The translations under genes were made by a program, and so were the position numbers. From a virus (taxonomy: Duplodnaviria; Caudoviricetes), in the IMG/VR virus record IMGVR_UViG_3300006752_000009: a stretch of DNA of 64,000 bases, one strand, 5' to 3'. How positions within the stretch are numbered: the first letter of the stretch is position 1; each line of letters starts with the position of its first letter. The notes under the pieces were generated by a model. It was not told where the DNA came from. It saw only the letters and a list, made by a program, of their open reading frames with translations, and made no database searches. Shown one piece after another: positions 53,737-61,914 of the stretch.

Positions 53737-54374
53737 TGTTTATTTGCCTTTCTTAATGCTTTCAAAGCAGAGAGTGCGTCCGAGAGTTCATCAGAACCCT
53801 CTGATTTTGTTTCATTCGCCAAAGACTCTGAGGAGGCTATGGTCTTATTAGAGATAATGTTGGATGGGATAAAGGTCAATCCTTCATCTGCTGTTGTGTT
53901 CATATTACCCATAGATGATGTAGTTTGAGCGTTATTATTTACCACCACTTGTTGTGCTGGCATCTGTTTGGCGACAGCTTCGGCTATAGCTTCGGGAGAA
54001 ATCATAGTGCCGAGCTGTTGGATGAGGACATTAGCAAGAGCGTTCATATCGAGCTGAGGTTGCTCTGCTTGTTTCTCTATGATGACCTCTTTTTCAACTT
54101 CAACAATCTTCTCAACCACTACAGGTTTTTCAACAACCTCTTTAACTACCTTTGACTCCCTAACTATTTGAAACCTATTGCTGTGTACTCCTAGTCGAGA
54201 GGGAGGACGATTGCTTTTAATCTTGAGGGCGATCACTCCTGTGTTGACTAGAAACTTCAGTTCTGAGTTTGAGTCGTACTGAGCTTTCGTACAATCAAAG
54301 GTCTGACCTTGTTTGAGTTTGAGTCGGAGGCTCTTAACCTCTATATCTTTAAGACACTGTGCTACATATATCAT
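53733..54374 (-). CDS. Hypothetical protein (VKEVVEK repeats, coiled-coil), coupled to the actin-like gene
   Basis: 213 aa, 4-nt overlap with 53736. Confidence 0.6.
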   Translation of the reverse strand: MIYVAQCLKDIEVKSLRLKLKQGQTFDCTKAQYDSNSELKFLVNTGVIALKIKSNRPPSRLGVHSNRFQIVRESKVVKEVVEKPVVVEKIVEVEKEVIIEKQAEQPQLDMNALANVLIQQLGTMISPEAIAEAVAKQMPAQQVVVNNNAQTTSSMGNMNTTADEGLTFIPSNIISNKTIASSESLANETKSEGSDELSDALSALKALRKANKQ

Positions 54375-54943
54375 GGTTCGCCTTTGCTCATACTTTTAGT
54401 AAGAAAGAAAGTTGCCCTTCGTATGGCTTTCATTCTACCCTTCTCAATCCCTTGCTCAATAAAGTTAAACTTATAGACGGCTGGATGTATCCATTTGTTT
54501 TCCGTTTTAAGGGGGAGATTTCTAAACACGACCTCGCCTGTCTTGGTCTTAATCGGTACGACTTTCTTCTCCATGTTGGATTTACGAGTAAGCCAATTCA
54601 TTTCATAGGGTTCTTTGCGTTCAAGATACTTCTTAACCCACTGCCAATCAGACTTGAGTTTGATTGCTCCACCTTTAGTGATTTCGTAGTAGAACGAATC
54701 TAAGAACTCTTTGGTGCGAGGTATACCTGTACCCAGACCTGCCGCTTTCTTAGCTGACTCTTTAACTGCCTTGACTATTTCTTCACCAAAGATTTCTAAG
54801 ACCTTTTTCGATATGTCTTTGCCTCTTAGGTCTACATTCTGAAACTGATTTTTACGCACTCTGTAAGTACGGAGATCCCAAGGTCGATTTGGATCTCTGT
54901 TTTTGGGTGGGTTTCTTCTTGCTCGTCTTGGGTCAAACTTCAT
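54371..54943 (-). CDS. Basic hypothetical protein, possibly virion morphogenesis
   Basis: Start reassigned to MKFDP (GAGGAGG SD). Confidence 0.55.
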   Translation of the reverse strand: MKFDPRRARRNPPKNRDPNRPWDLRTYRVRKNQFQNVDLRGKDISKKVLEIFGEEIVKAVKESAKKAAGLGTGIPRTKEFLDSFYYEITKGGAIKLKSDWQWVKKYLERKEPYEMNWLTRKSNMEKKVVPIKTKTGEVVFRNLPLKTENKWIHPAVYKFNFIEQGIEKGRMKAIRRATFFLTKSMSKGEP

Positions 54944-55018
54944 ATCTATGCCTCCTCTATTGAGGTTTTGATAAACAAAGTACAAAGCTCAATAGTTTTT
55001 TTATGATTGGTGGATAGT

Positions 55019-55159
55019 GATTGTATCCCCTGTTCCCGATATGTGTATCTCCCATTGGGAGTCCGAAGAAGAAGGGTGTCAGGACATATTGGGGGCAGAA
55101 CTCCTTTGATCTGTTTGGTTTTCACCCTTTCTCAAACAGTTAGGAAACAGGAGGCAATC
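55019..55159 (+). ncRNA. Candidate structured RNA with loop-loop complementarity
   Basis: Nested stems and AAGGGTG/CACCCTT loop pairing; follows class I variant TAGTTTTTTTAT. Confidence 0.5.
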
Positions 55160-55183
55160 GCTTGCTCACACAAGGATTTTTTC

Positions 55184-55471
55184 ATGTCAGATAAAGAACC
55201 AGAAGTAGACCCCATAGAGATTGAGGTCAACCTCTTAAATGAGTTGATCGAGGACAACATTATCATAGTTATTCATCGGAACGGTATGTCTATCATGATG
55301 AATGAGGATGAAGATGATAGATCTCAAGAACAGATGAGGTTATTTTCTCGCCTCTATGTAGCGGCTAACCCTAGCTTTGTTCTTCGGGTGTTTCTGATCT
55401 TAGAGGTGTTTTTGCTCTTAGTTTGGGAGACTTTAGCCGATTTCTACGACTCAAAGATCAAGAAACCGTAA
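55184..55471 (+). CDS. Hypothetical membrane protein
   Basis: Start reassigned to MSDKEP (AAGGA SD). Confidence 0.5.
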   Translation: MSDKEPEVDPIEIEVNLLNELIEDNIIIVIHRNGMSIMMNEDEDDRSQEQMRLFSRLYVAANPSFVLRVFLILEVFLLLVWETLADFYDSKIKKP

Positions 55472-56042
55472 AGTACCCTCTAGTTGGATTGTGGACAGAC
55501 CCGAACTCACTCAGCCGAGACATGAATCTATCTTGGATGGCTACTAAGTATTCCTCAAGTGTCTCAAAGCCATCTTCTCTGCCCCATTCTTCATAGTTTT
55601 CAACAGGGTAGATACTGATTTCAGTCATGCCAGAATACTCAGTGCTTTTTTCTTTAAATGCAGAAACCTCTACACCAAGAACGGAGTGGTGAAGCCAACC
55701 TCGCCCCCTTCGGTTAGATCTGATACCAGAAGCGTGTAGGATGATTTCTTCTTTGGTGTTCTTTCCAACAATGATGTCTGGAAGCTGAAGCTCTTTTGGT
55801 GTTTTAAGTTCAACGGTTAATCCACTATTAGAGATAAAGATGCCGTGATCCCAACCTAGATTATCAATAAAACTCCCGATCTTTAAAGTAAGATCTTCAA
55901 GTTCTCCCATATCATTAAAGTGAAGCCCACTGAATTGAAGGGAAAGTAAGTCTTTTCTGACATGAGTCGTAAGTGATCTTCCTCCTAGTGAACTAAAAAA
56001 ACTTTTAGCATCTAGTGCTATATCATCGTTGATGTTTTTCAT
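55458..56042 (-). CDS. Hypothetical protein
   Basis: 194 aa, AGGAG SD. Confidence 0.6.
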   Translation of the reverse strand: MKNINDDIALDAKSFFSSLGGRSLTTHVRKDLLSLQFSGLHFNDMGELEDLTLKIGSFIDNLGWDHGIFISNSGLTVELKTPKELQLPDIIVGKNTKEEIILHASGIRSNRRGRGWLHHSVLGVEVSAFKEKSTEYSGMTEISIYPVENYEEWGREDGFETLEEYLVAIQDRFMSRLSEFGSVHNPTRGYFTVS

Positions 56043-56138
56043 ATCTTCTACTCCTTTACGATATGGTGGGTCATAAACGGTCTACAAATTGTATAAGGGT
56101 AGTGTTCACATTAACCTTAACCACAATGGAGGTCGCAC

Positions 56139-56606
56139 ATGAGCGATAAGTGGAAAGCAGGACCAGAAGTCCAAGAGCAGATCAATCATCTCATCGGAAA
56201 CGCACACCCTCATCTCGCAGACATCATGGATGACATCGTAGTCATCTTCAAAGAGAAGTGTTCAAGGAAGGGTGGTCGCCCTATTCTCGGTAAGACATCT
56301 AAAGCACCTGGTATTCTTTCAGTTCTTGGAGATCACGCATACGAGTTCGTCATTGAGCTTGGTGCAGACTGTTGGAACAATCTCAATGAGGCACAGCGTT
56401 TAGCTCTCCTCGATCATCTTCTCTGCTTCATTGGTGGTGAGGAGGACGAGAAGTCGGGTGAGATGAAGTATTTCCTCTCTACTCCCGATGTCTTTTACTT
56501 CTCAGAAGAGGTAGAGCGTAATGGTAGCTGGCGTGAGGACATGATGCCCGATGGTGTACCCGAAGAAGAAGGCTCAGACGCACCTTTGTTAGACCCTATC
56601 GGATAA
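56139..56606 (+). CDS. Phage metallopeptidase-like family protein with degenerate HExxH
   Basis: FVIEL..DCW..L..AQRLALLDHLLCFI...PDVFYF. Confidence 0.6.
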   Translation: MSDKWKAGPEVQEQINHLIGNAHPHLADIMDDIVVIFKEKCSRKGGRPILGKTSKAPGILSVLGDHAYEFVIELGADCWNNLNEAQRLALLDHLLCFIGGEEDEKSGEMKYFLSTPDVFYFSEEVERNGSWREDMMPDGVPEEEGSDAPLLDPIG

Positions 56607-56616
56607 GGAGCTTCAC

Positions 56617-57096
56617 ATGAAATACAGACGCATGGAATATGTTGACGGACGAGAGCAAATGATCGTTGCTACAAAGGAAGAGATTGATCGTGAAGCAGGG
56701 CTTCTTCCAGGTCATAACGCTTTCAATGCTGATTTCATTTTAGATGGTTGGGAGGAGTTCTCTGACGAGACATTCAACAACTACCAACAGGCAACAGCAC
56801 AGACTGCCAAGTACCCACCCGACCAAGCTCTTGAGTACCTTTCACTTGGTATTGCAAGTGAAGCAGGTGAGGTCGCAGGTAAGATGAAGAAGTGGATTCG
56901 TGATGGAGACAGCAAGATGACTCGTGAAGAGTGGGTTCAAGCTATGTCATCAGAAATCGGTGATGTGCTTTGGTACTCCGCTCGCCTAGCTGATGAGCTT
57001 GGTCTAAGCCTCTCACAGATTGCAGAGGACAATATGGATAAGCTCTTAGACCGTAAGGCGAGGGGTGTTATCGGAGGTAGTGGAGATAACCGTTAG
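56617..57096 (+). CDS. mazG: MazG-like nucleoside triphosphate pyrophosphohydrolase
   Basis: LGIASEAGEVAGKMKK...SEIGDVLWY...NMDKL. Confidence 0.85.
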   Translation: MKYRRMEYVDGREQMIVATKEEIDREAGLLPGHNAFNADFILDGWEEFSDETFNNYQQATAQTAKYPPDQALEYLSLGIASEAGEVAGKMKKWIRDGDSKMTREEWVQAMSSEIGDVLWYSARLADELGLSLSQIAEDNMDKLLDRKARGVIGGSGDNR

Positions 57097-57446
57097 GCTT
57101 TAGACTCAATAAGCGTGTATGTCTTAGAGAGGTCAGCAAGACAACTTTTTAAGTCTGCACCCTTATCAAAGATGACTTGAGTCGCAACCATAGGGTTAGA
57201 ACCTGTACCGATAGAACCCCTCTGAGTAATTGCAGTTCCCATGTTCATTCTACAAAAGCCCTCGATGTTTTTCAGTTCTGATTTAGGGCAGAATACTTGC
57301 AGTGAAACATCGGAGCTGAAATCTTCATCATAGGAAATTTCTACAAAGACAGGGTTTTTGACTTTCGTGGTTGAGGCTGATCGGTTCTCAAGCCGAGCTA
57401 GTCTCATCTCAAGATTTCTGATTGTTTCTGATGCTGATCTTCTCAT
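57093..57446 (-). CDS. Leader-bearing hypothetical protein G
   Basis: MRRSASETIRNLEMRLARLE. Confidence 0.75.
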   Translation of the reverse strand: MRRSASETIRNLEMRLARLENRSASTTKVKNPVFVEISYDEDFSSDVSLQVFCPKSELKNIEGFCRMNMGTAITQRGSIGTGSNPMVATQVIFDKGADLKSCLADLSKTYTLIESKA

Positions 57447-57508
57447 AGGGAGTTCTCCATTTGGTTTGTAGTTAATGAGATCACTTATTGGTGGGTATAA
57501 ATAAACTA
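57387..57508 (-). promoter_or_regulatory. Leader cassette G
   Basis: TAGTTTATTTAT + conserved UTR + leader codons. Confidence 0.85.
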
Positions 57509-57883
57509 TTAGTCCTCTGCACCAGCCATATCAGCAGACCCTCCTTCAACATCCATATCGGTAGTCTCCTCAACTCCACCCTCTGAACCTGCGTCTACAG
57601 TCATGTCCTCTACACCCATGTCGGTCATGTCTGAACCAGCTTCAACGGTTGCGTCCATTTCCATACCTGCTTCTGTTGAACTAGCGTCAGTAGCACCGCC
57701 CTCTGAACCTGCGTCTGCATCAGCCATATCGCCACCTTCTGATCCTGCATCCATACCTCCCTCAGAACCACCCATCTCCATGCCTGCCATATCGCAAGCT
57801 ACAGGAGTTTCGGTTGTTTCCTTGTCCTTATCGCAAGCGACAAGGGTAAGAGCAATAACTGCAATGGTAAGTAGATTTCTCAT
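57509..57883 (-). CDS. Lipoprotein with acidic low-complexity (DAGSEGG/DM) repeats
   Basis: Lipobox LTLVAC; class I variant TAGTTCCTTTAT at 57924-57935. Confidence 0.7.
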   Translation of the reverse strand: MRNLLTIAVIALTLVACDKDKETTETPVACDMAGMEMGGSEGGMDAGSEGGDMADADAGSEGGATDASSTEAGMEMDATVEAGSDMTDMGVEDMTVDAGSEGGVEETTDMDVEGGSADMAGAED

Positions 57884-58011
57884 GGTATATACCTTTCGTT
57901 GTTAAGTGTTTGAAAGAAGGTATATAAAGGAACTACAAAAGTTATTCAAATTTAACTGATAAAGGTCTATATTTATAGACTCTTTATATTTCTCCTCAGT
58001 AAAAAACTGAG

Positions 58012-58701
58012 GTGATTATGAGACTTGTTTGCATTTCAGACACCCACAATCAGCACGATAAACTTGATTTGCCCGATGGAGATGTCCTAATCCACGCAGG
58101 TGATTGGACAGGCACAGGAACGCAGAAGCAAGTGATCTCATTTATAAGGTGGTTTGCTAGTCAACCCCATAAGCATAAAATACTGATTGCAGGAAACCAT
58201 GAAGTGACTCTCGATAAGTCCTTCTATCAGATCAACTGGCCTAGATTTCATCCGAAGCAACCTCACAGATCACATGACATAACTAACTATGTGTTGAGAG
58301 AGGAAGGCATCTACTATCTTGAGGACACAGAAGTGGTCATCGAGGGTGTCAAGTTTTACGGTAGTCCATGTCAGCCCTCTTTTGGAGGTTGGGCTTTCAA
58401 TGTAGATAGAGGTTTACCAATACGAGCTGTGTGGGGAAATATATCAGAGGACACCGATGTGTTGATAACGCATGGTCCACCCTATGGGTATGGGGATAAG
58501 TTAGCGTGTGGGGAGCGAGTGGGCTGTAAAGACTTACTTGATGAGATTACATCGAGAGTAAAGCCCAAAGTTCATATTTACGGTCATATTCATGAGGGAT
58601 ATGGTACATACGACTTAGAGGGAATTAAGCTCATTAACCCATCGAGCTGTAATGAACACTACAAGATTACTAATAAGCCTATTGTGTACGACTTAGAATA
58701 G
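58012..58701 (+). CDS. Calcineurin-like metallophosphoesterase (MPPED/239FB type)
   Basis: ISDTHNQH, IHAGDW, AGNHE, ITHGPP, GHIHEGYG. Confidence 0.88.
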   Translation: MIMRLVCISDTHNQHDKLDLPDGDVLIHAGDWTGTGTQKQVISFIRWFASQPHKHKILIAGNHEVTLDKSFYQINWPRFHPKQPHRSHDITNYVLREEGIYYLEDTEVVIEGVKFYGSPCQPSFGGWAFNVDRGLPIRAVWGNISEDTDVLITHGPPYGYGDKLACGERVGCKDLLDEITSRVKPKVHIYGHIHEGYGTYDLEGIKLINPSSCNEHYKITNKPIVYDLE

Positions 58702-59553
58702 ATCTTCGGACCAAACGATGTACTTGTCTCGCATGAACTCGATATAGGCTTTTGCTCTAGGGTTTCTAGCTAGTCTAATCGCTTCCTCAAAGTCACCTCC
58801 GAAAAGTGCTTCAAACTTGTCAGAAGCACCGTCATCATACTCTGGATCAATCCTAGACAGCCCATCAATATGATCAAGAATAAAGTCCTCGAACCTCATC
58901 TTAGCTATTCTTTTAGCACTTGCTCTGCGAGTTAGTTCACTGCCTGTAGTTTGACGATCAAAATCAGACCTTGTTCGTCTTTCATCAAGAAGTATTTTTT
59001 CTAGTTGTTGGTCGCCTTCATCATCTTGATAGATAGTCGCCCATTTATTATTTATCTCACAATGCACAAGAGCATAGAGGCTGTTTTTATCTTCACGATC
59101 TTCTTTTACGGACAACACTTTGAGACTACTAAATCCAAAGTCATCGTAAAGTCTGTTTTCAAGCCACTCTGCCACTTCAAAATTTGTTCTTGCTTGTCTA
59201 TTACTACTCTGTTTACTCGTAGAAGGGAAAGGGGTCGGGTTATATTTAGATGCCATATCGACCATCTCTCTATCCTCATGTGTTAGTCGTTGTCTGTACC
59301 AATCGCTACCCATAGAGATTAGTGCATAGTTAGTTCTGTCTAAAGAACGCTCTAACTTGGACAAGTGTCTTGGGAGAGCTTCAAAGTTATCCCCACAACG
59401 CTTGTATATTTCCTCAGCGAGTTGAGGGTTTTCTTTTATGGCCTCGACCATTTGGTTCATGTGTGTACGAACGATGTGAGCTTCCACTCTCGCAGAGGAA
59501 ACCCCTTGAGATAAAATAGACCAAGATGCTTGGCTTGAAGATTTCTTTTTCAT
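58693..59553 (-). CDS. Hypothetical multi-segment protein, putative virion protein
   Basis: 286 aa; RQAR and RRASAKRIAK internal motifs; class I variant upstream. Confidence 0.55.
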   Translation of the reverse strand: MKKKSSSQASWSILSQGVSSARVEAHIVRTHMNQMVEAIKENPQLAEEIYKRCGDNFEALPRHLSKLERSLDRTNYALISMGSDWYRQRLTHEDREMVDMASKYNPTPFPSTSKQSSNRQARTNFEVAEWLENRLYDDFGFSSLKVLSVKEDREDKNSLYALVHCEINNKWATIYQDDEGDQQLEKILLDERRTRSDFDRQTTGSELTRRASAKRIAKMRFEDFILDHIDGLSRIDPEYDDGASDKFEALFGGDFEEAIRLARNPRAKAYIEFMRDKYIVWSEDLF

Positions 59554-59601
59554 TATTATTCTCCTTGTCTCTTGGTCTAAAGCAATATGATAGAAAAACT
59601 A

Positions 59602-60066
59602 TTACTCTAGTTCTTCTGGTATATCGAAGCGTACTGTTCTTCTATACTTATCCCGATACCCAATCTTAGCTTCTACTTGGTGCTTACAAGGGATCATCTT
59701 CCCTGTCTTGATCTTGTGTACTATTAACTCGTAATCCATGATCTCACCAGGTAATGCCATGATGATATATGGGTTCGCCATATCAGTCGGAAGGTCTTTA
59801 GGATCAACAACAAGCACAACTGCTGTTGGAGTAGAAATCCAACCTTTGATATGGATTGTTTGATTGGTAGCGAGTATTGAGGTGTATGGTTTTAAGTCGA
59901 TCACAGATCCGTTCGACCCGAATGATTTAAGAACAGCAACAGACCCTTTTTTGCTCCAATATGATGGGATTGTGGGAGTGTTAGGCTCTCTATTCCACCA
60001 CAAGAACAGTTCTTCTGGTTCTCTGATGCAAGCGACTAAGCTAGAGATTTTTGTGATTAAATCCAT
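59602..60066 (-). CDS. Hypothetical protein
   Basis: 154 aa. Confidence 0.55.
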   Translation of the reverse strand: MDLITKISSLVACIREPEELFLWWNREPNTPTIPSYWSKKGSVAVLKSFGSNGSVIDLKPYTSILATNQTIHIKGWISTPTAVVLVVDPKDLPTDMANPYIIMALPGEIMDYELIVHKIKTGKMIPCKHQVEAKIGYRDKYRRTVRFDIPEELE

Positions 60067-61910
60067 TATCTGATCCTCTTAGGGTGTTTGTACTTAGTTC
60101 TCCAAGAGGGCTGTATAAGTTCCATCTCTTCAATTCCAACTTTACTCAAGATGTTGGGTTCAAAGACGCTACCTAAAGATATTTTAGTCCTGGCTAAAAC
60201 TTTGTGTTTAGGGGGGTGTGCATACCCATTCGACTTATCTACAACTAGGTAGGTGTGAGTAGAGTTCATCTCTTCATTTTGATAGAGGAAGATGATCACA
60301 TTCTTGAGTACCTTTATTGTCATCCCTAAAGCAGATGCGATAGCTCTTGATGCTTCAATAATCGCATCCACATTGCCTTCTGGTGTAGTCGGGATTGTTG
60401 GCTCTGGAGATTGATCCACAACTTCTGTTTGGGGAGGCTCTTGAGTTGGCTCTGTAATAGCGTTCATTGTCCTCCAACGAGGCTTGAGGCTACTCATCCT
60501 CTCATGCCCTACACAGACATCTAAATTATCGTTTGTGATGTTTGAGAGGTTAACATTGAGGTTTGGCTTAGACTTCGTTTTTGGAGCGAACAGATTACCT
60601 GTAGCATAGTCGATGAACATATAAGCGTGTGTCGAACCTACAGCCTGGTTGGTGTAAATGAAGAGTCCGTACTTACGACCCTTTTTAAACAGGAGTCCAA
60701 GTCTGTTTGCCAATGACTCTGAGGTTTGGATCATCTGTTGTTTACTTGGGAGTGTTTCTTCAACCTGTGTGGTAGGCTCAACTTCTTCAGTCTCACTTGA
60801 TACAAAAACCCCTTCAAAGTTTGAACCATCGGGTTCATAAGACACACCATCAACAATGATGCTGTTAAACGCTTCTAATGACTTAGGGTGGAGTTTACCC
60901 ATAGCTTTGTAAGAAATTGCTTCACAGAAGTGTTCTTCGACATCAGTGATTGCATATTTGGTAGGGAAGATACCAGTTTGTGCCTTGATGTAGTCTTTGA
61001 TGTATTTCTTATTATAAGCACCAATCTCGCTACCATCTGGTAATACGAGGTAGACACCTCCTCGTATTATCCTAGAAATCTTTGTAGGAACACCCTCATT
61101 AGGTTTCACCCCTACATAAGTTTTAGTGCGATTTTTTTTAGCATATAGATTAATGTCTATACCTATCCAGTCGGATAGGTTGATACGCTGTGCAAAGTGG
61201 CACTTACTATCGTATCTTTTCCACAGTTGCTTTTTTTCCCTAGAGAGATTATTCTGGTAATACCTGTGTCCAATCTCATGTATGAATGTCTTCATGAACT
61301 CTTCTTTATCTCTATCCATGTACTTCATGGTGATCTCGTCTTTTACCGAGTTGTACCATGCGTACCAGCTTGCTCTACCTAGCTTCTCAACTAATACAAC
61401 ATCACCATAAAGTGCTTGGGTAAAGTTGGGGGCTAATGAGTTAGTGCATCTTCTGAGTGCTTGAGTGCAAGCCTCTTTCATCTCCTCGACTTTATCTTCA
61501 TTGAGGTTGATTGGGTTTTTTAATGTGAAAGGTCCTACATCTACAGCGTTATCGCCTTCTTCTCTTAAAGGGTGTTGGAGCAGAGTAAGCATATCATCAA
61601 TATGTCTTGTCTTGTCAGAGAACCAAGAAAAAGGGTTGTACCTTGAGCGAGGGAGTTTAAGTTTATTCTTAATCGCCCGAACTCTCCTCGACTTATTTTC
61701 GGGGAAATTGATCTTATGGAATAAGAAATCAGCCAAAAGTACACAATAAACCAAAGCCCTCGATCCAAGTAATGAGGGGTCAAACTTTGCATTCTCAAGG
61801 TATTCAATGGCTTCTAAAATAGGGGTGTTATACTCAGTGTTTCTTATGAGTCCTTGCCATGCACCTATTTCACATCTTCTTAAGTGACTGTAGTTTGCGT
61901 ATCTTTTCAT
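60066..61910 (-). CDS. Zincin-like metallopeptidase domain protein with duplicated C-terminal module
   Basis: FIHEIGHRYY and downstream EEHFCEAI; two ~60-aa repeats (..THAYMFIDYATG..PK / ..THTYLVVDKSNG..PK). Confidence 0.6.
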   Translation of the reverse strand: MKRYANYSHLRRCEIGAWQGLIRNTEYNTPILEAIEYLENAKFDPSLLGSRALVYCVLLADFLFHKINFPENKSRRVRAIKNKLKLPRSRYNPFSWFSDKTRHIDDMLTLLQHPLREEGDNAVDVGPFTLKNPINLNEDKVEEMKEACTQALRRCTNSLAPNFTQALYGDVVLVEKLGRASWYAWYNSVKDEITMKYMDRDKEEFMKTFIHEIGHRYYQNNLSREKKQLWKRYDSKCHFAQRINLSDWIGIDINLYAKKNRTKTYVGVKPNEGVPTKISRIIRGGVYLVLPDGSEIGAYNKKYIKDYIKAQTGIFPTKYAITDVEEHFCEAISYKAMGKLHPKSLEAFNSIIVDGVSYEPDGSNFEGVFVSSETEEVEPTTQVEETLPSKQQMIQTSESLANRLGLLFKKGRKYGLFIYTNQAVGSTHAYMFIDYATGNLFAPKTKSKPNLNVNLSNITNDNLDVCVGHERMSSLKPRWRTMNAITEPTQEPPQTEVVDQSPEPTIPTTPEGNVDAIIEASRAIASALGMTIKVLKNVIIFLYQNEEMNSTHTYLVVDKSNGYAHPPKHKVLARTKISLGSVFEPNILSKVGIEEMELIQPSWRTKYKHPKRIR

Positions 61911-61914
61911 TTAT

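Noticed and set aside
56139-56606. Active zinc metallopeptidase
   Set aside because: HExxH is degenerate (DHLLCF), so catalytic activity is not supported; listed only as family-like
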